A DNA stretch of 64,000 bases, from assembly GCF_964204645.1 (NCBI RefSeq), contig NC_134035.1, positions 1,178,001 to 1,242,000 of the forward strand, written 5' to 3'. The translations under genes and the position numbers were made by a program. Position 1 is the first letter of the stretch; each line of letters starts with the position of its first letter. The notes beneath the pieces are model-generated. The model saw nothing but the letters and a program-made list of their open reading frames with translations. It ran no database searches and had not been told where the DNA came from. Origin of the DNA: Tubulanus polymorphus (taxonomy: Eukaryota; Animalia; Nemertea). Below are positions 12,651-27,164 of this stretch, one piece after another.

Positions 12651-15600
12651 TTCTGGAGCTGGTTTTTGGTTCTAAAGCCATGGATGGCTTTAGAACCAAA
12701 CTGGCTATGGCTTTGTTCATCTGGTTCTCCTGTCAGCGAGACCATTTTTGGATGGACTGAGATGATGATATCCTGACAAGATACCACCAAACATATCTGT
12801 AAGTAAGAGATGATTCATTATTTATCCAGTGTATTTTTCGCCGGCGCGGCTCGAGGTTAATTACACTGTAAATGCGTCAGCTCTGCTCAACTGGGATATA
12901 ACTGCGAGTCAGAATTACCTGCGCACGGGCGCAGAGCAACGTGAAAAATTACTCTCCATCCGCATTATTAGCAGCAACATGTACCATATATAGATACATA
13001 TCACAGGAAGTTCAGCATCCATGATCGACATCGGATCATGCCAAAACCATTTCCATCCGGAGCCACCCGTTAGAGAAAGGATGACTCCTAATGGTATATT
13101 TCGGATGATATTCTAACAACTTCTATCGGGGATATATGACATGGTTTGTAGCAGTAAGCACTTTTCAGCAATAATTTTGGTGCAGGAAAAAAGCACTTTT
13201 TTTGTGAATTAAACCTATGTAACAGACATTGTTACTGCTCAATCATTACTGCGTTACTGCTCTGACGAATCACTTCTACATCATGTACTAAGACATGTAA
13301 ATTGCCCAGAAGTGATTTGTAGTTGGCTCTTGCTTTTGATTATTTGATCAACACTTAGTATCAGAATTAGGCATGCGACAAAAATGTTTCAGGTGGCTAT
13401 TAAGTGAAAAAGAAGTACTTTTCAGCACTTATTGACATGTATCTGTGGAAAGTAAGACTAGCTACAAACAAACCATGCACGGATGAAAATCTAAAACACT
13501 ACTTGCATCAGCGGGTCCTAATAACTATATCTCCTGTATACAGTGACCTCTTAAAATTTCCTAAACTTTTAATCGGTTCTCCACAGAAATCTATATTAAT
13601 ATTGACACATTCGACTCGTCCTTGAAGTTCCTCCTCAACCTCATATCACTCATTAAATATCCACATTCTCTCATTGGACGAGGAAGAGATTGATAAATTC
13701 ATGTATCGATTCCGGATTCAAGGTTGAATTACATCTCAAAGGAATCGTTAATACAACAATAAACAGCGTGGCTCTGCGGGTTGTATATATACAGAGAGGA
13801 TTATACCACAGAGCGCTGAGCTATCATACGGATGAACGTGGCTCTGTAGGTCGATGATACGGATGAATCGTCAGTAAAATACAACCAGCAGGGAACGAGA
13901 TTTAACCGAATACGTTTGAACGGTAGAATGGATTTCAAACACTAAACACGGAAATCAGGTTCGCGTGGCGAGCAGCACAACAGTCTACCGTTTAGGATGA
14001 TTACTGTCAGGGTCAGCAGAACTATAGTCCGGAAATGGTTGACCACGGGATTGAGCTCGGTCGACGTAGTTCGGATCTACTTCCAAGATGGCCGACACTT
14101 TAAAACACGTTACGACCGAACTATATTGTGTTCATTTATTAGTTCCGGCGACTAGTCGAAACTAACTATGAAAACTGCAGTTTGCCATGCGCGTTCGACA
14201 TGTTCAGTGCAGCCTGGTTACAAATGAAGAATTTCATCCCAAATAAGATGATTGCGAATAATTTCATGCTGGAAATAACGAACAGATTTTCTGGTGTTCT
14301 GAAGTTCGTTGTATCGACCCCACGGTGTAGAGGGTCATATCAGTAACTCACTGGCCTCACGAATGAACTCATCAGGCAATGAATTCATTGATCAAATTAC
14401 TACATCGATGACAAGATGAATTAATCCTCATTGCTAATAGAGTTCTTCTTTATAGAAGTCTATATATACCCTGGTGTAGAGTATGCATATATAGATTCAT
14501 TAACAAACACTCTAAATACATATCAATCATACAGTTTTATAGAGAACATTGATGAAAGCATGAGTGATATTAGCATAGCCTGTCATAGAAATAACCAGTT
14601 CTAGGTTCTAGGTCAATTATCGTCACCAACCCGGTTTCATGCCAGTTGTTACGGTCTTGTATAGGTCCTCCGATGATGAAAGCTCGCCGAGCAGGGCTGC
14701 CAACCTCTGATTGGTGCTATCGGTTACAAGTCGAAATGTTTTTGTTAGTAGCGTCGAAATGTGAAAGAAAATATATGCGAATTAATCAGTGATCAATGGA
14801 AAAACACTCAGTAACATCTTTCATCAATTTCTGTATATGTCGAACGAATGTCTTGGCACAAAACCGTAAACATTCTGAAAATCAAGAACAGTTTGCAGTA
14901 AGATTAGAGGTCTATTGCACTATTTCCATGCGCTCAGGCTCGGCGTAGTCAATTGCGACCATAATGAAATTGATAATCTGCCGATTCTCTAGAAACCGCT
15001 AGAAACGACGCTAATTCGACGTTGAACGCGATATTAGCCGTGAATATTGACCGAGGTTTGATGCTATTCGAGACCGCAGCAGCAGCAGCAGCACTCGCTC
15101 GCCGCGGATAGAGATTATAACACACAGAGATAAGCAGAATTTCACAAGTCGATGATGATTCGATCACAGTCAGTATACTCCCGAGACAGTCCCGCTGTAT
15201 TCAGAGTCGTCCTATCAAACGCGAGGCCGTATAAATCAATAATTCAGATTAATCCGGCGATTAATACGTTCTATTCGGAACAAGCGAGAAATTCTGTTTA
15301 ATAAGCCGTCTCAAATATGACACCGATCTCTTTAAATGTTTCCATAGCATCGACACATTTAAACCTGCTGTATAGGAGATGAGTATCCTGGTAAAAATGA
15401 GCTAAAACCCTTCACTCTGCAAAATGTAACAACAAGCAAATCCAGCAAACATGCCATCAGTTTCGCCGTAAGCAATTTAGCTATAAGTCCAGCAAACATA
15501 CCATCAGCTGATAACGACTCATTTTATTGTCACCAATTACTGCCCAACACGACAGAAGATGTATCATAAAATTCGTTATTGCCGCACGACGTTATGGGGA

Positions 15601-15904
15601 TATTAAAACTGAGCTGGTACGGGATGTAAGCTAGTTTTACAGATCTACTGTATAGAGCAGTGATGTAGTGGTACTGATCCGTAAAACACTGAAGTACTGA
15701 TCTACCATAAAACACTGAAGTACTGATCTACTGTAAAACACTGAAGTACATCACTTATCTACAATTGAACATTGAAGTACAATACTGATCCATTGTCGAA
15801 CATTGTAGGCCACAAAATTTAATGTTTAATCGCCGTAAGACTGGTCTAAGAGCAAAGCCTCGACTGTGTTACTGACGACTGGAACAGCGAAAAATGATCT
15901 ACAG

Positions 15905-16012
15905 GATCCAGTTCTACAGTTGCAAGTTAGAGTTAACTCCAAGTTAAAGTTAGTTCATTTTCGATGTTTTAACCCAGAGTCAAATCTTAACTTAGAACTG
16001 TGGAACTGGACC
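15905..16012. mobile_element. PIF/Harbinger-like MITE (CWG TSD)
   Basis: CAG|GATCCAGTTCTACAG...CTGTGGAACTGGACC|CAG. Confidence 0.75.
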
Positions 16013-17156
16013 CAGGGTTTTTGAAAAACTGTGAATAATGAGAAAGTGACCATTATACCAAGGGACGTTTCACAAGGGACGTTAAACATGCCACTATTAT
16101 CGTTACTAGTATACTTCGTAATAAATGATGCTTGTTTCCGAATAAAGAATGGTCCTGTAATGTGAAGTCCTATATCGGGAACAGACAAACTAGTATTGAG
16201 GCAGTAATGACCCAGACATAATAATTCTATGACATTATAGACGACGACAACTAGTTCGGATAGTCTGGGTAGTTCTCATTGTAAGACTTTCTCCACAATT
16301 AGCCCTATATTCTCTTCAAAAGAACAAAGAACAAATTCATCCGCAGCAAAAACCGGTTTATCATTGCTCGGAAAAGGGTCAATTATTCAAACAAAATCAT
16401 ATTCTATATCAACAGTTCTTCTTCGCTTTCATAAAGTTTAACAAGCCCTACACATTACACCCCACGCCCAAATAAAAAATACCATATTTCTAAAGATAAT
16501 ATTATTAGTCACCTACTGTTCAGTTATGTGAAATATTCTACACCTTAAATGATTTTTAATAAATTCCGTTTGAGTCATCATTCAAGTATCTCAGGGTCAA
16601 ATTTCAGATTTAGTTGTTTCGCAGCACATGAAATAGGCGTACATAGTTTTAGCCGAGTTAGGTATGGCTTACGGTAAGGATCAGGGTTCGGGAAGATGTG
16701 GTATATGTTTAGGGTAAAGGTATGATGAAGTATCGGTTTAGGATTATTAGGCCAGAATCTTTACTTGTTGAAATGAATAATTTCTACGGTCAAAACTGAT
16801 CGGACTGGAATGGAGGCAAGTGTTGGGACGCACTGAGCAGCGGCTGAGGAGTCTTCCAACCAGAGGTTACTGAACAGAGGTCTTCCAACCAGAGATTACT
16901 GAACAGAGTGAGATGTGTTACTGAACTGAGACACCGGAGCAGAGACTACTGACCTCCTTTGGATTCTTCTATCGGAATTTGAATCGAATACCGACTGCTA
17001 GAAGAGAAAATAAAAACAAAACCGACGAATCGTTCTCAACCATAGAAGATGTCACAATCACCATGGTTACAATAGAAGACATCCAGTAACATCGCATGGC
17101 ATTTGAATATAAAAAATGTTCGTAACAAACACAGGTAGGCCTAAATGATTTATACC

Positions 17157-17303
17157 ACACTGAGTGAGGCACAGAGTGAGGTACTGAGTGAGGCACTGAG
17201 CAAGGTACTGAGTGAGGCACTGAGCGAGGTACTGAGTGAGGCACTGAGTGAGGCACTGGGCGAGGTACTGAGTGAGGTACTGAGCGAGGTACTGAGCGAG
17301 GCC
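17157..17303. repeat. 12-bp tandem repeat
   Basis: (actgagtgaggy)n. Confidence 0.9.
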
Positions 17304-20104
17304 AACCAGTCAAAAATAATTCCATGATCACTGTGGAATAACAATTACTTGTTGAAAAACTTCATTTTGCACTTACAGTTTTTGGAAGGGTCAGATAAAG
17401 CAGGGGGTTAAGCCATTGCTAAGGGCTAGTCGAGGCTGGGGTATAGCAGTAAGGCTTTAGCAAAAAGTTAAGTACTTCATAGACATTGTCATTACTCATC
17501 ATGATTGATTCATATGGACAAATCTCTATGTCATTCATGCATTAGGACATGTTAATTGTCCAGAAGTGATGCGTGTGTTTGATATCTAATCAACATTTAG
17601 TATCACAATTACTGATTAGGTGACAAAAGTTTTTCACATGACTTATAAAATAAAAAGTAGCACTTTTCAGCCCTTTATTGACATAATTTGCGAAAAAAAG
17701 CACAAATCAGGACCTTAACAAATTTTACCATAAAGCAGCACTTAGTAGATTAGACTGGCTACAAACCACAGGGGTTTGGGATGGTAAACGTCGTTGAATG
17801 TTTTTCAGCTAGAAACTGATCGAAATAATCGGAAATCATAAAAATATCAACAAAATACCGAGAAACAATGATATCAGATTATAAAGCTGAATGTGACATC
17901 GACGCGTGGACCCCGAGGAGTTTCTGATCGGTTGAGCTCGCGCGCGATGGCACGAACTGATTGGATGCAACAATTACACAACAAGTTAACATTTTTACTC
18001 TTCTAAGTGGAAAAAACCGCATATGCCAATTTATTCGGGAACCACCTGTGCCACGAGCTAGATTAATTTCGCCGATGATGATGGGTGTTTCCGAAAATCG
18101 CAGGGCAAGTAAAAGTACGCACTTGATAACTGTCTCTAATGAACGCGCGCGGTTTAATGAATGTAATCAGAATTATTCCGTGGAAAATATCGTTAATAGA
18201 ATGATAAACTTGAGGACTTTCTTGAAGAATATTTACATTGATTCAAACTGTGACCGAGTGATATGAGAGTCGCGATCACACAGAGCCAAATTGACACGGG
18301 TCACGCCCGACTCAAATTTGGCTTGTGCCACACGTTAAAAACTCCTCGATACTTAAACCGATGATAGCAACTTTCTTGATGGATATTCGGTACAAACTGT
18401 GACTGAGTGATAAATTTCATCTAAAACCTGATAGTCGCGATTACACGGAGCCAAATTGACACGGGTCACGCCCGACTCATATTTGGCCCGAACAAAAACA
18501 AAGTGAAGTGGAGTCACTTCCTGAACCAGTATAACAATTCGAACGCAATCATTTGACTCCGGCCTTCAGATTTTTTGGCCGGACCTAACAGGCACAGGCA
18601 CCGGTATGTGTGGTTGTACCGACCAATACACTCGTGTGATTGTAGCTATGGTTTAATAAGTTATGGTTCATTTTGACGACGATTGAACTGATGACTATGT
18701 GTAAATTTTCTTGTTTGTGGTCGGGGAGTAATTTGCAAGTTTCTGATGTTCTGGTGATCCCACATAGAACCGAACGTGATGCAGACAAACGAAAACAGAT
18801 CGGTTTAAAATTAACTGGCCACAACTGGCCAGGAGAATAAAAGTCTCATCATGAATAAGAATTCTATGAACTGTCACTGCAACGCAAGGGTGTGGTGTTT
18901 CATCATTCGTCCACAATGCAGTAAGGTTTCCTTATATGTCACATCTTACGTGTAATTCAAGATGAGGATAACCACAATTCGAACCCATCATCTACAGTTA
19001 CTGAAACTGTAAATGAACCCTCCTCACAGGATCAACGCAAAACATTGTCTTATTCTGAAGAGCTTATTACCAAGATCTGGTTTCACAAAAGAGCGTTCAA
19101 CTTGCATCTTTAGTTGAATTGCTATTGGTTCCTCAACGAGGATAACAATTCGAACTAAACCGTTTTAAGCTTGGTTCTTTCTCCAGAAACCTGGCCCAAA
19201 TCTCTTTAAATGACTGCTCAACCACATTATGCAGGTGATGTAAACAATTGAGACCTGTTGATGACAGTCTCACAAGTTTGTGGAACTGGAACCCACAAAA
19301 AGTTAGTTGACTGCAAGTAAACACCGTAGTAACAATAAACTTTTAATTGTCACTACGTCAACTGATCCATGATTTAACCTTAACCAACTTTTGAGCTCCA
19401 GGGCAACTAAATAACCTATATGGGCGTCAACAGACATTTTTGAAAATAAGGATGTCAAATCATATCCTGCAGTCAGAAAAAGATCATTTGCTTCCGGTGA
19501 AACCTTCAACACAGACCTAAAACGAATGAAATAAATTCTTTCAATGGGAAGACAATCCCTCGCGCACGCCATTATTTATATACTCAGAGAATTGAGTATA
19601 ATGAAATGTTGAGGCAGTTTTTAATTTCCTATGTCTCATATATGAACGAACGTTGAAATCGCTCTCGAGATTCTCCGGGGAAAATAGAATTTAATATCGA
19701 CAACGACGACAACGCAACATGGAAAACTTCATTTAAAACATCGAAGCTACGCGTGATGAGTCAGTAATATCACAGACACAGCTATAACAACTAACAGACG
19801 TGTGTATTCGGCTAGATGAATTTTTAACCAGGAATAAAAACTAACTCGGAAGTTTATTGACGCCCTTCAAAAATAACTCATCGGCTCAAAATTCTCAGAA
19901 TGAAGCTCATTCAATTACAAAATGAACACCAAAATTTACGGTTGTAATTTTTATTTTGAAATGTTACACTCACATAGCACCCCTTGAATAAATAACAGCA
20001 GAAGTAGTAAGTAGTGATCAATGTATGATCATTGTAATGGTTTTTAAAATGCCAAAAAAACGCAAGATAAAATTGTCTATTTTTCTAGAGGGGCCGGGCT
20101 CGAG

Positions 20105-20232
20105 TGACATATCGGGGTACAGGGTTTGGGCAGCACATCAGGGGTACCGGGTATGGGCAGCATATCAGGGGTACGGGTTTTGGGCAGCATATCAGGGGTA
20201 CGGGTGTGGGCAGCACATCAGGGGTACAGGGT
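20105..20232. repeat. 27-bp tandem repeat
   Basis: catatcaggggtacgggttttgggcag, about 4.5 copies. Confidence 0.85.
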
Positions 20233-21346
20233 CCAGACTACCGATTCAAACCTGTTCTGCTCATCTCAGTGAATGAATGACGTTAAGCCGCCTCCGAAGC
20301 AGAATATATTCATCCCGAATAAGAGAATTGAGATCGAATGAGAAAGAATGGTTGTAAAATTAAAACATGAATAGTTAATCTAGTTAACTATACTTGATTT
20401 GTCAGCGGGGAGATTGATGATTTGATCAGCGTCGTTGTCGTGGTACCGACCTAACGCAGTCGGATTCTGGTATATCTCAGTTGCTACAGACAACCACCGA
20501 TACTGCTGCTGAGAGAGAGAGAGAGAGGATTCATGGACGATTCACAGTGACGAGTTGACTATTATACAGCCTGCATCACCAGAACTCCTGATGCTGTCAG
20601 CTCAAGCGCTCAGGGACACGCGAGAGACAGTTGTGATTTATTGCTTGGTAGTTTCGTAACTCAACTATACTGGTTTTTATCGCCTCATACGCCAACTATC
20701 TCTACCCTGGTATTATTAGGTTTTTAGTAGATGTAAGCCACTCAGAACACATGCACAAATATAGTATTGGGCACATTTTTTTTTAGGGCCCATTCGAATT
20801 TGCTTTATCAAGCAATTGTCATCTTCGGTATGTGAAAGCTTCTAAGAAGAATGGATTCCGGAAGAACACAGTCGAGAAGGACTGTGAAGTGATGAACTAC
20901 ACTTCACACGTGCTTAGAACTCTGCTCGAGATACGCTAAATCGAAAATGAACTACAAACACAAGATATTAGATATTTTATCAGCACAGTTTCAAAAACTG
21001 ATCGTCTACACTTCACACACTTCACGGGTGTTCAGAACTTCACCTGAGACATTTTTAATTAAATATTTATAACAAACTCCAGACATTGGACATTTTATCA
21101 GCACACTTTCAAAAACATGTGTTCTCAGAACTTCACCTGGGACATTCTTAATCAAATATTCATAACAAACCCCAGCTATATGAACTCACTTCTGAAAACT
21201 GATCAGGACTTACTGCAATAGATTAGCCAATGACTAGAAAGAGGGTGGCTCCAGACTACACAAATCTGCATGTCACCTGAAGAGTCATTGACCCTGGATA
21301 GAGAGAGGGATAAAATATTGCGAGGCAAAGTAGAGAATTCCTCGCA

Positions 21347-21482
21347 TCTGGAGTGATCACTCATTCCAGTAGTTCTGGAGTGATCACTCATTCCAGTAGT
21401 TCTGGAGTGATCACTCATTCCAGTAGTTCTGGAGTGATCACTCATTCCAGTAGTTCTGGAGTGATCACTCATTCCAGTAGTG
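21347..21482. repeat. 27-bp palindromic minisatellite (5 copies)
   Basis: Unit tctggagtgatcactcattccagtagt. Confidence 0.92.
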
Positions 21483-23812
21483 CTATTATAACTACACTGT
21501 ACAAGAATATAGAGCAGTCTAAATACCAGGTCTCTCACATTCTCGCTGCTTACACAGGTATGTCTTGATTTACGCGGCGGCGGAGAAAAAACATTTGCGC
21601 CGATGCCGGGATAAATGCCATCAATCAATATTGGGATAGATAGTAGGGTAGTCTGCAGCCGGGTCTGCTGCTGCTATACAGACTACACACGCGCACGCGA
21701 TACAACAGAATCCAGGTGATTATATATTAAAAGAGATTTACGCGAACTGAGTCAAAAACATACTCGTAATAAAAATACAGCATGAGAAAATCATCCTGCG
21801 CATGTCTATCCAACAAGATTTAGTCGTAGTTTACTGTACAACTACAAACATTTCTAATTGCCTATTTCTCGAAATTAAAGGAGTTTCAAGCACTTTTTAG
21901 ATAGCATTGTCTGTTTAGAATGAATTTTTAAAGTATCAAGGAGTCATAGGGATCCAATTCTATTTATGAAACCTGGCATCGAGGTCCTACTACCCACTAG
22001 CGATGCCTAGCGAATCCTCACTCGCCACAAATGGAATCCATAGGACTAAGTGGAATCAGCTATTTAGGCCTAGCTGCCACAGTAGTTGATGTCCTACTGC
22101 GTGTTTGTGCACCTGCTATATTCTCACTAGCCACAGTTGTATTGCCGGATGAAATAGATTTTTTAGGTACCGACTAGTAAAAAACTGTCTCTAGTTAGTA
22201 ATCGTTTCCAGGAAAATCAGCTTAATAACTACATACACGCACAATCACGCGACCGCAATATCTTGGTCAAGAGCTATGAGGTTTCCCACTCTCACTCACT
22301 CTCTCGACACATAATAATAGCCTACATGAAAATAAGTAATTCACCGTTTAATGAATAAAAGCCTAGGCGTATAGGCCAAGTATAGGTAGAAAAAAAATGC
22401 GAAATCAACATTTTGACGATTAGGTAGGCCTACCCATAATAAACCAATTCAGAGCACAATATTTAGCCTAGATGGACAGCAGAAAAGATTTAAACCGAGA
22501 AAGTCATTTATCGATAGGCCTATAAAGTTAGAACTTAGCCTATTCGTTAAACTAGGCTAATATGAACGGCTGTTAGGCCTAAAGGCTGATGGTAGTCTTC
22601 TAGGCAAATTGGTAGGCTAAAAAGGCGCAAAAGGCCTACATCTTCTAAGTGCCCTTCCAAAAATACCCAGCTATATCAGAACTGTACCAACAATTCAATC
22701 CGATAATATTCAACGAAACAGGCCTGCATGATCCATCATCATCATTGAAGGAATGGATTCTGACCCGAGGCCTCACAGGGTTAGGGAGATACAAATAAGC
22801 TTACCCTTTTTACAATAAATTTAATTTATTGTAAATAAAAAGGGTATAATTATCATGTCTGTTATCAGGTTCTAACTTATAGGCCTAGGGCAATAATAAT
22901 AACAACCTGATTATCAATTTGCCTCCGATGAGATTTGAGATTATTGCATTTCTCAGCGGAAGATGCAGAGAAGAGGTTATTGTTTACACTGTTTCGTAGA
23001 ACTTCAGAGATTTTATTTCTATCGTCACATTTCGATGTTCAAACGACTGTGTCCGTCTTCAATAACGCACTAAAATACACATACACAAACTACCATTTCG
23101 TCATAGATAAAAAATCTGGGCCTTACCTCGGTGATAAGCTCAGTATAAGACGGTTATAATCCAGATATCCGGCAGCTCGCTGTGACTCGCACTATCGAAC
23201 AACAACAACTGAGTCCCACCCAAATAGTTCACCGCAGCGCCGTAAGTGGCAGCACCTGCTTGACAAATTTTAATCGTTTTGTTCATTGCGAGAGCGCCCC
23301 GCAATCTCCTACAAAACCACCACCTGGTGATCACTCGACATTAGACCGGTTGCCGGTTTCTTCTTTCACTTACCGCAGTTAGCTCGCGAATATGGACAGG
23401 CAACCAGTCCATATTCGGAATCGATGATACAATGATGACAGTAGTCATCCTGGTCGATAAAACCGGATTCCTAACTACGAATAATAACCAAAATCCACTG
23501 ATTTTCGCACTTTTTGATGCCAAATGATCATTCGAAGAGCAGCCGATGAAGCAGTGGTTCGTCGTGTAGTCCCCGCACTTCACTAGATGAACCAGCAGTT
23601 TTCATTGGGAGAGCGTTCCGTTTACCTTGTACACAACCACCCTCTGGGGGTAGTTTGTCTTACCACTAATTAGACATTTACTTATTTTGTTAAATTCCAC
23701 ATTCCAGGCTAAAGAATAAAACCTTGTTCTACCGTGAAATTGCAATGAAACAAATATACCAAAAAAACCAACCCAGCATTTTTCCAATATATTAACCATT
23801 TTATTATCAATA

Positions 23813-23845
<33 letters not shown>

Positions 23846-25603
23846 TGATAATGATAATCTTCAATAAACAGATTGAGGTACTGTTTTCTTTTAAACAAAG
23901 TAACCCAGTTAGGAATACACAGTATATTAGGGTACATCCCTAATACTATAACGATTGGGAATTAATCCAATCTATTGTTGGATTCAAAAATATCAATACA
24001 TGTATTGTTTATGATACAATTATCATTATCATAATAATAACTTATCATTTTGTCTCGAAATGAAAAATACTTTCAACGAAAAACACCAATAATCTCTATA
24101 TCTCTCTCACGGTGGGCTACACCTCTATAACAACCAACACTGACTGCAATCAGCTCTGAAGGAGATATAACTTCTTCATCAGGGCCCAATTTCGCAAAAA
24201 CAAAACCTTATTGTGATTAGTGATAGCTAATGACACTGGCCTTAATTTTCCAAGAACTTTGCGTAAAACTGGGCCCAGGACCAAAGGGCTGATCCAGCCT
24301 CTTATCCTGAATACCACTAGACATTAACAAAACATTCACATCCACTCGCAAGACTTAGTCTTTAGCCAAAACGTCGCTCAAATACTCTTCTATTCAAGAA
24401 TTCTCTTTTCTGGCTAATCTCTTGCGTATATGTAAGACATTATTGCAGGACCAATTAAAGGGGATGTGGGGTTCGTCCCACAGAAAATTCTAGAATATTT
24501 CCAGGCATCAATCCTAAGTACTATGAAAATAAATCCGGCGTTTGATGTCGCTCAGTTAGAGTTCAATGAACATTTTCAATTACCGGCAGTTTACTCAGTT
24601 AAAAATCCCGAGTTAAGACTCGGCGAAGTTCTCTGCGTAAATAATAGCTAAGCTGATACAGCGTTGTTAATCTTAGATCAAAGATTGACCACTTATCGTC
24701 GAAAATATGCTACCTGCACGTAATGCAAGTTCTTTAAGAAAAAGTTCGAAGAAATAATATCACATAAATACCACGGGTCACAGTTTTAAAAGAATAACCA
24801 ATCGAGTAAAACAAATTATACATAACCTATGTTGTTAAAAGATTACGTAAAAATCTATGGCCGCGCAGTCCAATCCCATTTCGGTTCTACTACGCAATCT
24901 AACAACTTACAACTTCATTTCAAAAATACGCTCGGCCTATTTCGTTGTATCGGAAATAGGAAGCTTTGGTGTTAAATTCCCTCAAAAAAAAATATGCATT
25001 TCGAAACTGAAGGTACCCTCAACGTATTGTTCGATATGTACAAAATTATATTGTATTAGTATTCGTTTTTTAGTTATCTCTCTATTTCGTAACAGCCTCT
25101 AACACATTAGATATGTGTGCGATTTGTTTCACAAGGATATGTGTCCGTCCGTCATCTGTTAAAACCGTTTAATTTTCATTATTCTATACATAGGTGTCTT
25201 CAGTTTAATAGATTTTTAAGAAGAAGAGCTTCATACAAACAGCCTGCTCTTCTTCAAAACTGGCCTCTTATTAATTACAACAGGAAATCATTGTTGATAT
25301 GTTGTTAAAGTAAGGTCCTACTTTTGTATGATTTCAAATAATTGATCATTAATTGAAGCACATTTTCTACGCTGGGGCACTCAAAACGTTCGATGCAAAT
25401 TAATTCGGTCAAAATAACTGACCGACCGACCTCTCGCAGAATGTTAAAGAATTTTTCAGTAAATCAAATTGCATTTTTGCGTGTTGCATTTTTTTCATAT
25501 CGAAATAAGACACAATGCACGTTTTTAGAATACGTGTGAATTGAGATATGATTTCTTATCAATAAATACACGTTAACATAACATATTCTGAGCAGCGTTT
25601 TTC

Positions 25604-25944
25604 CATCCTCCTCCGGCAGGGATTCGAACCTGATGGCATTGAGACTGGCCACGGTACGAAACCCTGCCACACTAGACCGAGTGCGCAGCTACACGCGCAG
25701 CTTAGATGATGTCATTATGAGCCAATCAGATATCCCGTTTTATTTTAGCCCGGGTTTTCCCATTTAAAGTCCTTCCGTGAAATTTACCTCAGCGATTTTA
25801 CAACGAGGAATCTGATTGGTGCCGCAAGCTTTCGTGCGGCAAAGCTGCGCATGACGCTGCACACCCGGTCTACTGATGCAGGGGTTCGTGCCGTGACTGA
25901 GTGTAGCGATGCCATCAGGTTCGAATCCCTGCCGAGGGAGGATG
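25604..25944. mobile_element. Inverted-repeat element with two divergent tRNA-like (B-box) arms
   Basis: gatgccatcaggttcgaatccctgccg on + (about 25908-25934) and its reverse complement at about 25614-25640; the arms also share a CCAATCAGAT motif. Confidence 0.6.
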
Positions 25945-27164
25945 CGTTTTCCAACCTGGCCTTAAACTGGGGAGACATTATAGTCTACTTCGTCGCAGTT
26001 TAGGGGCAGTGATTGATTGATGCAAGTACCATCAAATTTGGAGCTAGTTCCATAGTTCGTCGTTTAGGGCTGAACAAAAATGATACCTTGTTGCTCGTAT
26101 AATCGGCCAAGTCATTTTTGTAAAATATGATAAAATTTGTAAACAGTTCATTTCTATAGCGGCCGGGTCTGTTATGGTAAAATAAATCACGATTTAAAAA
26201 AAAAGTAATGTTTAGGGTAAATAGGCCGGGTCAACTTTTAAGCTCAGCAGAGCGGAGAAACAAGGTATCAACTTTTTTTTAGCCTAGAGTCACTGAGTCA
26301 AATTTCAACTCACCAAAACCAGTCTCTCATAGCCTCCAACACCTTATCTTATATATATATATATATATATATATCATTGCTCTTCTTACATACATGCCAA
26401 TCCATAAGCACTCAGGAATTTCACCAAGGCTTTCATAAGATTTTATGACGTGGGCCACCACAATCATGTCCTTTTGCCCGCCCCCTGAAATTCATCCAGA
26501 CTTATTTGGATATAAGTAAGCGCCCGAATCTGTTTTATGTTCATATTCAAAATACCCGCGAATTTCAAATAGGGAATTTTGACTTCTTGGGTGTCTAGTC
26601 GTGGTTGGAGGAGTAATAGACAGGGCAGATGCGGGCAGCTTGAGAGCTAACAAGTTATGAAGACTTCACCCAGAGAAACTTTTAATTGAAAACCCCAGAC
26701 ATCGATCACACTACATTCGTAGTAGTTTAAAGGGTTGGTTCTGGGCTGCATTGATTTGATACCTGCATCAATGGTAAAGAAACGATTGATTTGAAAAACG
26801 CAGCTGGATATAAGATGAAAATATATGACAAATTACACATGATCTTTCCAAACGTTATAATATATCTTACTCTTTATAGTTGTTTGTTTCCAGGATTATA
26901 AAGACTTGGAAAATATCTATGTTACAATAGCGTATTTCGCGGTAAAATAAAATATACAGTCATTTTTTGAATTGTTGCGTTTAGAGTAGAATAGTTTGAA
27001 CATGCGCCTTCAACATTGATACAGCGATAACAGAGAGCTTACGATGACCACACAAAAGGTATTCATATCACCAGATTCCAGATCCACAGTTGCCAGTTAT
27101 ATTATACTCTCCCTAGTCAAAACTGGCTCATTTTCTATGGGGTAGGTGTTGCTACAGTGAAAAT

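Noticed and set aside
16969-17344. PHSV/LSEA repeat ORFs
   Set aside because: Translations of a 12-bp tandem repeat.
21203-21628. TTGMSDHSR repeat ORF
   Set aside because: Translation of the 27-bp minisatellite.
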